From Obrimoposthia wandeli (Eukaryota): DNA of 64,000 nucleotides. Each line of letters starts with the position of its first letter. Positions within the stretch are counted from its first letter, which is position 1. Location: NCBI GenBank assembly GCA_977020255.1, contig CDROCS010004666.1, forward strand, positions 1-64,000, given 5' to 3'. The notes under the pieces are model-generated. The model was not told the DNA's origin and searched no databases. It saw nothing but the letters and a program-made list of their open reading frames with translations. The position numbers were made by a program, and so were the translations under genes. Shown in pieces: positions 39,301 through 46,567 of the stretch.

Positions 39301-40707
39301 ATGGGGGCTTTGCTCAACCTGCCGGCTGAATATTGCTTAAAAGAAATGGCTGATCGTGTTGTCCCGGACTTAGGAGTGCTTAAAATATATCCGCTAGCCG
39401 AGGTCAACGGTCGCTATTTAAGTTTTATCAACGGCATGTCGGCTAACGAACGCTTCGGTACCCTAAGTAATTGGCAACGCGTCGGCTTTAACGATACTCA
39501 CTTAGATGAGCAACCTAATATATGGATAACGACCGTGGTTAATAACCGCGCCGATCGTATTGCTCGCTCTCAGGTATTCGCTCAACTGCTGGTTGAAGAT
39601 ATTGGCGCGGACAAACATTTTCTGATTGGCTCTAATTTGGATGGCCTGCAAAACTATATTGATGCCGCGTGGGATAACTATATTGATGAGCTCAGCATTG
39701 CCGATGAAAGCATTGAACATGAACTGTCTAAACAAAAAATCATCAGCACCTTCGGCCAAATCGCCAAACGCTTAAGAGTACCGTCAAGCCAACAACAGGT
39801 GAATCAACGCTTAGTCGCTATGTTAAAAGGCATTGGCTTGGATGCTGATACGGATACTCATACTGCACCAACAACCGCAGCCGAATGGACTGAGCAACAC
39901 ATCCAACAACTCATCAATAAACTAAATGCTAGCGAGGTTGTTGAAGAAAATAAGCACAGTATTCTTCAACAGTGGCAGCAAGATACTGCCGAATTAGCCG
40001 CGATGACCTCTCTTTCAGAAAGCCTAAATAGCGCCAATAAAAGTGAGCTAGCGGCGCTCATCATAACCTGCCAGCAACAACTGGCCAGCTGGTTTAAAGC
40101 ACGCTTTGTCGTCGTTTCTGAGTTTTATACCAGCGGTAACCAACTCATCACCCTAATTGCCAATAATACCCCCGCAGGCCTGACTAATCGCATCATGGGC
40201 TTACAAAATATTAAAGGCACCGGTTTAGATTTTGTTTATCGCTGGCAAGCTTGGGATCGTACCCACTCTTTATGTGAACAGCTGAATGCAGATGATGAGT
40301 TAATCGCAAAAAGTGCGGTTAGCGAACTGGCGCGTATTCAGGATTTTGGCCCACTCGACCAACACAAAATACTCAGCTCTGTCGAAGCGGTTAAGCATAA
40401 GTCGATTGCCCAAACTGAGCAGTTCCAAGCCGAGCTCGAACTCATCGACGATAACCTCATACGCCACTCACAAGATGGGCAAGTCAAATCTGATAACGAG
40501 CAACATCGCTTCACACTTGTGATGATCGACTTTATTGAAGCCCTACTAGACCCAGGCCAAGCGATTAAACGCAAAAAAGCAGCCAATCAGATTTATCAGG
40601 ATTTAGCTGATGAACGCATTAGCCATGCTCGCGCCGCCATTGAGTTACAAACACTGAATAAAAAACAAAAAGGGGGATGGTTACGAAAAGCCCTGAATAA
40701 GAATTAG
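36391..40707 (+). CDS. capB: Poly-gamma-glutamate synthase CapB/PgsB-family ligase fused to a ~750-aa HEAT-repeat N-terminus
   Basis: P-loop GGWGTRGKSGTERL, KTSGCEA, WECMGL, ITNCYPDHEDIQGP, FINGMSANE and VVNNRADRIARS are collinear with CapB (NGIRGKS, KTTGT, ECMAV, NVLEDHMDVMGP, NGFAAND, NCRADRVDRT). A hydrophobic helix precedes the ligase domain. Confidence 0.87.
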   Translation: MMQPMSMKALSQQLNTQLCIGLTDLNKQLEGKNIERCQKDLLLFIKDQNSSENELHAIMVTFLITELKQQLETLDQQQKHYQSFLTNSRNSATELERRNYILQFASQLGASQKQLRGDKKAFKRYFGADAISERYARLNKDNEHYITFILDRLAHITSDWFTELTTLEIKQHWQQIQLEPLLVNMLTHFQEDRLKHATFKCLSFIIRRLKGKSADYLGSSTIRYVYRFAQDYRQPIWTQVEAAALIAEIEPQSLLSIAQRHFNAAKDTVKDGAKNSAKDSKKGDDLIFLRRHLLSIIADHANAHPPLLSIIPLAVNDPSEFVRQGLVNILPSLPDDLVSQLIIPLSEDQTEQVRASLVLQLPILAKQAALSEVCSQLMLNFLHAQQPLFVLRTTLITTVDFFRSINKSSGLNVTEKSLAAQPIYQQLIAAISDLHTQHSATKVRRWAANAREQLWATVYKICREHEFSAAQDQFQKRSLADLSLAEPSTDNLCLGDLPLGKSRRLPKAIRKHLTSDMQTRLLAVQAQDGFGFDISANKVIRDHKVKFRLWRFIHELRNSATDKRQNYSHMTGRVYYGEQHIPSNIVSERSATKVPGEPLFQDDEEGWRPYLPLVDQVISAIDQNWPTKAIKIITSEGITWLTPPNSLWQRLTARATLVWYFKSFAQLRNWSEGDAEAPDAYLKSLVDLGFTIELTPHTDHNKTAFKLDQQVQRFFPVFFPPWFIDGWRQFEDYFFSVYQNSLNHLLIFCSGLSLLFFGSHLGANWQMRKARAKIPLVIGGWGTRGKSGTERLKAALFNAMGYHVVSKTSGCEAMFLHGTALQPLHEMFLFRPYDKATIWEQAQVVTLSEKLGADVFLWECMGLTPRYIEILQQQWMCDDIATITNCYPDHEDIQGPAGVDIPKVMQKFVPKKSILITSEENMRPFLDDAAREKETELHKINWLDAGLLTNDVLNRFPYEEHPYNIALVMKMGALLNLPAEYCLKEMADRVVPDLGVLKIYPLAEVNGRYLSFINGMSANERFGTLSNWQRVGFNDTHLDEQPNIWITTVVNNRADRIARSQVFAQLLVEDIGADKHFLIGSNLDGLQNYIDAAWDNYIDELSIADESIEHELSKQKIISTFGQIAKRLRVPSSQQQVNQRLVAMLKGIGLDADTDTHTAPTTAAEWTEQHIQQLINKLNASEVVEENKHSILQQWQQDTAELAAMTSLSESLNSANKSELAALIITCQQQLASWFKARFVVVSEFYTSGNQLITLIANNTPAGLTNRIMGLQNIKGTGLDFVYRWQAWDRTHSLCEQLNADDELIAKSAVSELARIQDFGPLDQHKILSSVEAVKHKSIAQTEQFQAELELIDDNLIRHSQDGQVKSDNEQHRFTLVMIDFIEALLDPGQAIKRKKAANQIYQDLADERISHARAAIELQTLNKKQKGGWLRKALNKN

Positions 40708-40729
40708 AAAAAGGGCTTAATTATACTGG

Positions 40730-41311
40730 CTAGACTTTGTTTAATGCCCTTTCAATACAAATCGCACAATGCGCATCATTGGCAGCATAGACAACTTGGT
40801 TGTCTTTAAGCGGATAAGCGCCCCAATTTGATTTCTGCGCACCTTTTCCTAAGCGAGCGTTAAGCACCATGGCTACTCCAGCTCTAGCGCCAACACGGTT
40901 CTTCTCTCCCGCTAGTTTTTTTAACTTAACCGCTAAATCTTCTGTATTGACGATATTGATATTGAGCTTATCCCGCAGCTCTTTATTATCACCGTTAAGG
41001 CCGAATCCTATTTTTTTTATATTTGGGTTACTTAATATTTTACCCGCTGAGGAAACAGCAGCAGGAAACCGAGTTGGAAATAGATACGCCTTTGTCTCAG
41101 TAGCCAGCTGAATTAACGTTGGTCCTGGGCTCACCTCACCTTTACGAAAAATAGGCTTACTTTCGGTATCAAACCCCAGGCAAACTTCATGCTCTAACGC
41201 CTTTATTGCATCAACTGCATCAAGTTCATTTTCAATGATCTTTATGTCTATAATATCTAGACCAATATACAAAGGTAACTCTCTTATCTGATCCTTAGTA
41301 GGACGCTTCAT
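40730..41311 (-). CDS. 3'-5' exonuclease (DEDDy, WRN/RNase D-like)
   Basis: LGFDTESKP, LIQLA, KIGFGL..D and YAANDA. Confidence 0.88.
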   Translation of the reverse strand: MKRPTKDQIRELPLYIGLDIIDIKIIENELDAVDAIKALEHEVCLGFDTESKPIFRKGEVSPGPTLIQLATETKAYLFPTRFPAAVSSAGKILSNPNIKKIGFGLNGDNKELRDKLNINIVNTEDLAVKLKKLAGEKNRVGARAGVAMVLNARLGKGAQKSNWGAYPLKDNQVVYAANDAHCAICIERALNKV

Positions 41312-41431
41312 AACTTATCTCTTTCATAACATTCATCTAAGCAACTCTTCGAGTTTTCAACATCGTATTCACTATAACCTGGCTACACTTAGAGCGTATT
41401 AAATAGCTCATAAATAGCCAATGGCGTCATA

Positions 41432-41959
41432 TCACAACAAATCCTCCATAAACCAAGCTGAGAACACATGTCTGCCGGCAACACCTGCTTTTTTATAGAT
41501 AGCAGAAGCCTGCTGGCGAATGGTCTTTTCGGCCGTGCCCCGTAAGGTCGAAATTTCTTTCAGGCTAAAACCTTTCAATAGCAGGTGCCCTATCTCCTGC
41601 TCACTCTTACTTAGCTTCCATTCTTCAAACTGCATGACGATCACTTCCGCCAACTGACGCCTAGCATCGATCATTTTTTGTGAGCTTGGCTGTGGCATTT
41701 CTTTAATACTGCCCAACTCTGCATAGAGCTGTTTAATCTCATCTTGGCTGCGAATCAAGCTGATTAACATCCAGCTAAAACCCAATAGCGCAATCACCAT
41801 CACCGCCGCTTCTTGTAATACGTGTCCGGCACCTGAGCCTTGAGACACATCCGCCATTAAATCTGCACCGCTGGCAATCACGATGAGCAAGAGGAAGAGC
41901 ATTATTAGCTTATCTTGCACGTGGTCTTTTATCAGCCCTGCAATAAACCCTTTTATCAT
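41432..41959 (-). CDS. Membrane-anchored LuxR-type HTH regulator
   Basis: Two N-terminal TM helices, a coiled coil and a C-terminal HTH (LSKSEQEIGHLLLKGFSLKEISTLRGTAEKTIRQQ). Confidence 0.88.
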   Translation of the reverse strand: MIKGFIAGLIKDHVQDKLIMLFLLLIVIASGADLMADVSQGSGAGHVLQEAAVMVIALLGFSWMLISLIRSQDEIKQLYAELGSIKEMPQPSSQKMIDARRQLAEVIVMQFEEWKLSKSEQEIGHLLLKGFSLKEISTLRGTAEKTIRQQASAIYKKAGVAGRHVFSAWFMEDLL

Positions 41960-41980
41960 ATTTTTGTTGCCTCAAATCCA

Positions 41981-41996
41981 TAGGACATATGTCTAA
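41981..41996. promoter_or_regulatory. Candidate LuxR operator between divergent luxR and cytochrome b genes
   Basis: TAGGACATATGTCTAA contains the perfect palindrome GACATATGTC. GGACA/TGTCC half-sites recur near 42017 and 42107. Confidence 0.5.
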
Positions 41997-42119
41997 TCGC
42001 CCTGTTTATCTTACATCTGTCCAATAGAATTGATGATTCTCTAGGTCAATAATACAACACATAAAGCAGTGACATTAACTTTTAATATTAAAGATTTTCA
42101 CATTACGGGACATAGAAGT

Positions 42120-42791
42120 ATGACGCATAACCCTGAACAACAATCACAGCACCACTCTAAACCTATAAGGGTCTGGGATCTTTTCGTTCGCATCTTCCAC
42201 TGGTCTTTGGTGGGCTTAGTCGCCATCAGTTATCTATCAGGAGAGTTTGAATTTGAGATTCACTCCTATTCTGGTTACGCCATTTTCAGCTTGGTATTCT
42301 TACGAGTAATCTGGGGATTGGTCGGTAGTAAATATGCTCGATTTAAGAATTTTGTTTATTCACCTAGCAATGTCATAGGGTATCTAAAAAGCATTGTTAC
42401 AGGCAACCCTAAGCGCTTCCTTGGCCATAACCCAGCGGGGGGCATAATGGTATTGGCATTACTTACCGTATTAGGCACAACCACGTTAAGTGGCATGAAA
42501 CTTTACGCCATTGAAGAAGGTGAAGGGCCTTTTGCCAGCAATGTTCACATTAGCTTAGTAAATCAAGCTTATGCCGACTCGGACGAAAGTGAACATCGAA
42601 GCAAAGAAGGTAAGCATCATGATGAAGAAAAAGAAGGCGAAGAGTTCTGGGAAGAGATTCATGAAACTTCAATCAACCTTCTAATGTTATTGATTCTGCT
42701 GCATGTTCTTGGCGTTGTGATAGCGAGCAAGCAGCATAAAGAAAACCTAGCTCGCTCTATGGTTACTGGCGACAAAGCTCCTCTTAGCTAA
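42120..42791 (+). CDS. Cytochrome b/b6-domain membrane protein
   Basis: VWDLFVRIFHW, IHSYSGY, GHNPAGG and EIHE...LHVLGV supply four heme His residues. Likely ATG at 42120. Confidence 0.9.
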   Translation: MTHNPEQQSQHHSKPIRVWDLFVRIFHWSLVGLVAISYLSGEFEFEIHSYSGYAIFSLVFLRVIWGLVGSKYARFKNFVYSPSNVIGYLKSIVTGNPKRFLGHNPAGGIMVLALLTVLGTTTLSGMKLYAIEEGEGPFASNVHISLVNQAYADSDESEHRSKEGKHHDEEKEGEEFWEEIHETSINLLMLLILLHVLGVVIASKQHKENLARSMVTGDKAPLS

Positions 42792-42828
42792 TCAGTATGG
42801 GCCGTAGTCTCTGCTCGTGTGACGGAAA

Positions 42829-43329
42829 TCATGAGCAGCGTTGTGCGGCCCACTTATCAGCGACAAGGCGACCCAGTTTCAGCATGCCAAAATCATAGTT
42901 CGCTAATTCTTCTTTACTGAGTAATTTGTACTCCAGCAATTCTTCATTGAGCTGAACTTCACCTTCTGCTTTTACCCCAAAGGCGATGATTAACTGATTC
43001 ATGGCAGGGAACGGATAGTGGCCAATGAAGTGTGTCGACACTGCCTTCAAACCGACCTCTTCCATGACTTCTCTTTCTATTGAAATCTCTGGGCTTTCAC
43101 CTGCTTCGATAAAGCCTGAGATTAACGAAAAGAACCCTGCTGGCCAAGCATGATTTCTAGCGAGTAAGTACTTGCCGTTAATTTCTATTAGGGCTGCGGC
43201 AACAGGTATTGGGTTATTCCAATCGACAAAGCTGCATTCTTTAGCACTGGATTGAGAGCATGCCCTTCGCTCTGCACCGTCGGTAACCTGTAATATCAGA
43301 AGGCTTGCACACTGTGGGCAATATTTCAT
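42829..43329 (-). CDS. NUDIX hydrolase with N-terminal zinc ribbon (NudC-like)
   Basis: YCPQC...C..C and Nudix box GFIEAGESPEISIEREVMEEVG. Confidence 0.9.
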   Translation of the reverse strand: MKYCPQCASLLILQVTDGAERRACSQSSAKECSFVDWNNPIPVAAALIEINGKYLLARNHAWPAGFFSLISGFIEAGESPEISIEREVMEEVGLKAVSTHFIGHYPFPAMNQLIIAFGVKAEGEVQLNEELLEYKLLSKEELANYDFGMLKLGRLVADKWAAQRCS

Positions 43330-43697
43330 GATTGTGACTCTCCCCTCTCAAACTTTTTATGCTCCCGTTTTTCAACCCGCTTCTCAATCCACTGTTCAGC
43401 CCATTGATTCAGCGGGCTAAAAAGTATTACCAACTCTTTCCCTAATTCCGTCAGCTGATAGCCACTGGGGCTATCCTTATCGACTAAATTTTCTGCAATA
43501 AGATCCTTCATCCGATTATTGATCATAGTGGGCGAGATACCGCCACAACGATCTTGCAGCTCACGAAAGGTACAAGGCCCTGAGTTCATCTCCCAGAGAA
43601 TGCGCATCATCCATTTGGTGCCCAGTAAATCAATTAGTTGCATGATCGGCCGAGAGGATGCTGCACCAGCTGCCGCTTCAATTACTGCTTTCGTCAT
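43326..43697 (-). CDS. HxlR-family winged-helix regulator
   Basis: IDLLGTKWMMRILWEM...TFRELQ..CGGISP...YQLTELG. Confidence 0.9.
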   Translation of the reverse strand: MTKAVIEAAAGAASSRPIMQLIDLLGTKWMMRILWEMNSGPCTFRELQDRCGGISPTMINNRMKDLIAENLVDKDSPSGYQLTELGKELVILFSPLNQWAEQWIEKRVEKREHKKFERGESQS

Positions 43698-43707
43698 AAT
43701 AAAACCC

Positions 43708-43764
43708 TTGCGCTACAGATTATGTAGCATTAGTATGATTTACACGCTACAGATTATGTAGCAT
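43708..43764 (+). promoter_or_regulatory. Sigma70 promoter with two identical palindromic operators
   Basis: -35 TTGCGC (43708-13), 17-bp spacer and -10 TAGTAT (43731-36). The 20-mer CGCTACAGATTATGTAGCAT occurs at 43711-30 and 43745-64, each containing GCTACA-N5-TGTAGC. Confidence 0.8.
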
Positions 43765-43804
43765 AACGAAAATAAATACCATCTCAATAACAATCAGGAT
43801 ATGA

Positions 43805-44365
43805 ATGATGACCTCTAGAATCAAAGCAGTCGCAGCGCCTTATAGCGAAGATGTTCAAAAAGCCTTCGATACCATTATGCCTGCCGGCATGGTGCCCTTA
43901 AATATTTTCACCTCCGTTGCCAACAACCCACGTATCTTGCAACGTATGGTCGCTGGGGGTTTGCTGGATAAAGGCAGCATTTCTCTTCTGACACGTGAAA
44001 TCGTTATTTTGCGAACCTGCGCTCTCTGTAAGGCGGAATATGAATGGGGAGTCCACGTTGCAGGCTTCGCCATGAAAGCTAAGTTAACTCAGGCACAAAT
44101 TGATGATACGCTCAGCGCTAACATAAATAGATCGTTGTGGAATGACGAGCAAGCTAGCCTGCTGGCTTTAGCGGATGAGTTGCATACTACACAGGGCATC
44201 AGCGATGCCTTATGGCTTTCTTTAAGTGATCACTTTAGCCATGAGCAGTCGATTGAACTGATTATGCTGGCGGGCTTGTATCATGCGGTGAGTTTTATCG
44301 TGAATGGCCTTAAGGTCCCGAATGAAGCTTTTGCACCTTCTTTTCCAACGTCTAACTCTAAATAA
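43805..44365 (+). CDS. Carboxymuconolactone decarboxylase/AhpD-like family protein
   Basis: PLNIF...NP, REIVILRT...C.AEYEWGVH and E.AL..LADELH. Confidence 0.85.
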   Translation: MMTSRIKAVAAPYSEDVQKAFDTIMPAGMVPLNIFTSVANNPRILQRMVAGGLLDKGSISLLTREIVILRTCALCKAEYEWGVHVAGFAMKAKLTQAQIDDTLSANINRSLWNDEQASLLALADELHTTQGISDALWLSLSDHFSHEQSIELIMLAGLYHAVSFIVNGLKVPNEAFAPSFPTSNSK

Positions 44366-44379
44366 ATAAGGTAATTGGC

Positions 44380-44868
44380 TTGTCTGATTTAACGGCTCAA
44401 AAAACGGTCACCCTTCAGCGCACTGTATTGTTTGGTGACTGCGACCCTGAAGGCATCGTTTACACCCCTCGCTTTTCCTATTTTTCGGTAGAAGCGATTC
44501 AAGATGCTTTATCAATTTGGTTAGTCGACAAGCCTAAAGATCCAACCAAGCCCCCCAAAAAAAGTGGCGGTTTACGCAAGCTAATGGACCATGGCATTTT
44601 ACCTCCGGCTCGAGCTTTCTCTTTAGAATTCCACCACCCTGTGACTTGGGACGATGAGCTGTCCATAAAGGTTTGGGTCTGCCAAATCACCGAGCGTTCT
44701 TTTTCTTTTCAAGTAGAAGCTTGGTTAGAAACCAGCAGACTGAGTGATGCTCATAATGTACTGGCCTTTTCCGCTAAGCTTACACAGGTCTGCGTATCGC
44801 GAGAAAACCATCAAAGCATGCCCTTACCTGATGATTTAAGAGAGCGCCTATCGGCTCTATTGATTTAA
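44380..44868 (+). CDS. Acyl-CoA thioesterase (4HBT-like hotdog fold)
   Basis: VLFGDCDPEGIVYTPRF and FHHPVTWDDEL. Confidence 0.85.
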   Translation: MSDLTAQKTVTLQRTVLFGDCDPEGIVYTPRFSYFSVEAIQDALSIWLVDKPKDPTKPPKKSGGLRKLMDHGILPPARAFSLEFHHPVTWDDELSIKVWVCQITERSFSFQVEAWLETSRLSDAHNVLAFSAKLTQVCVSRENHQSMPLPDDLRERLSALLI

Positions 44869-44946
44869 AATTTGCTAACGATGCGTCTACTCCATAATAT
44901 TGGTACTCGCTGAAAGACCTGATAACCGTTAAAAAGTTGCTAAGCC

Positions 44947-45903
44947 ATGATCACCATTGAAGCCGTCGCGCCGCCCTCCAACGAAGATGCCATCACCCGC
45001 ATTGCCAAGCAAAACGACGCGACCGATTATTGGGTAAGCAGCTCCAGCGATAAACAGATCGCGATTAAGATTTTAGTTGAGAAGTCTAAATCTCAGAAGA
45101 TTCTCGATCAGCTACAAAACTTAATGGAAGGAAAAAGTAATTTCCGTGTTTTAGCCTATCCACTAGAAATCGCGCTGCCTTACGAAAAAAAGAAAGCCAG
45201 CAATAGCACCGCCACTATTTCTCGTGAAGCGTTATTGAGCCAGTTAAAAACTCAAGGTAAGCTGGATAGCCATTATTTGATGTTGGTTTTTCTCAGTACC
45301 ATTGTGGCTGCCATCGGTTTAATCGAAAACAATGTCGCGGTTATTATTGGCGCGATGGTAATTGCGCCATTGCTAGGCCCTAACTTAGCGTTGTCGCTAT
45401 CCACAGTATTAGGCCAAGTTAGCGGTGTTTTTAATGCCTTAAGAACCTTAACCGTCGGTATTTTGTTTGCACTCGGTTTATCTATTCTTTTATCGCTATT
45501 TTATCCAAACCTTACCCTGACTCCCGAATTACTTTCTCGAACAACCGTAGGCTTAGATGGCCTAGCCTTAGCACTGGCTTCTGGCGCGGCCGCGGCACTG
45601 TCGATTACAACGGGGGTTTCTTCGGTATTGGTAGGTGTGATGGTGGCCGTTGCTTTATTACCTCCCACGGTTACTTTAGGAATATGTTTGGGGTTAGAAG
45701 CCTTCCCTGAAGCTAAAGGTGCAGCATTATTGTTAATTGCCAATATTGCTTCGGTAAACTTGACCGCACAGCTGACGATGAAGTTAAAAGGCATTAAACC
45801 CAGAGAAAAAGAAAAACAGCGTACTGCCCTGATCGTATTCCTGGTGGGTATGCTGTTCTGGTGCGCATTAATTGGTTATTTAATTTATCGCTTATATCTG
45901 TGA
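44947..45903 (+). CDS. TIGR00341/DUF389-family membrane protein
   Basis: LSTIVAAIGL, VIIGAMVIAPLLGP, ALASGAAAALS and GVMVAVALLPP. Confidence 0.88.
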   Translation: MITIEAVAPPSNEDAITRIAKQNDATDYWVSSSSDKQIAIKILVEKSKSQKILDQLQNLMEGKSNFRVLAYPLEIALPYEKKKASNSTATISREALLSQLKTQGKLDSHYLMLVFLSTIVAAIGLIENNVAVIIGAMVIAPLLGPNLALSLSTVLGQVSGVFNALRTLTVGILFALGLSILLSLFYPNLTLTPELLSRTTVGLDGLALALASGAAAALSITTGVSSVLVGVMVAVALLPPTVTLGICLGLEAFPEAKGAALLLIANIASVNLTAQLTMKLKGIKPREKEKQRTALIVFLVGMLFWCALIGYLIYRLYL

Positions 45904-45913
45904 TCAGCAGCTA

Positions 45914-46458
45914 TTAAGAATTGATAAACGCCACGACTTTACGAATCACCAGTCGTGGTGATATTCGAACAGACTGCGCCATCACCCAGTTGACCCAACC
46001 TGAAACAACAATAGCTCTTCCTTTGTTCAAAGCGGCATAGCCAATCTTTGCTACTTGTTCAGCAGGCATTATGAACGGGCTGTTAGCCAAGTTCGTCCCG
46101 ACCATATCAGCGGCGTTAAAGAACTCTGTCTTGGTTGCGCCAGGGCAAAGTGCAGTCACGGTCACACCCTCTTTTTTCAATTCTTCATGCAGTGCTTCAG
46201 AAAATAACAAGACATACGATTTAGACGCGTAGTAATTAGCCATGTAGGGCCCCGGTTGAAAAGCAGCTGTTGATGCTACATTCAAAATTTCCCCTTGCTT
46301 ACGTTCACTCATCGCTTTGCCGTACAAATAGCATAGAGCAACGAGTGAAGTAACATTCAATTGAACCATATTCAATTCGGTCGCTAGATCTAAATCAGTG
46401 AACTTGCCGTTTGAACCAATACCAATCGATGCGCCGGTAATTAATGCTGTTTTTTCAT
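45914..46458 (-). pseudogene. Short-chain dehydrogenase (DltE-like) pseudogene
   Basis: AGGA RBS plus ATG at 46458 is out of frame by one A in an A-run. TGASIGIG runs straight into SNGKFTDLDL, so the region up to NNAG is missing. The catalytic YYASK and PGATKTEF are retained. Confidence 0.85.
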
Positions 46459-46567
46459 ACTGTATAATCCTATTATCCGCGACTGCGTTGAATTTTTTTT
46501 ATCATATATGACGATGAACATTCCATTTACTGAGTAAGGTCAAAGTTTAGAATACGTAATCCATTTT

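Noticed and set aside
43711-43764. 20-bp direct repeats as a mini-CRISPR
   Set aside because: There are only two copies with a 14-bp spacer and no cas genes. Their placement in a promoter fits operators.
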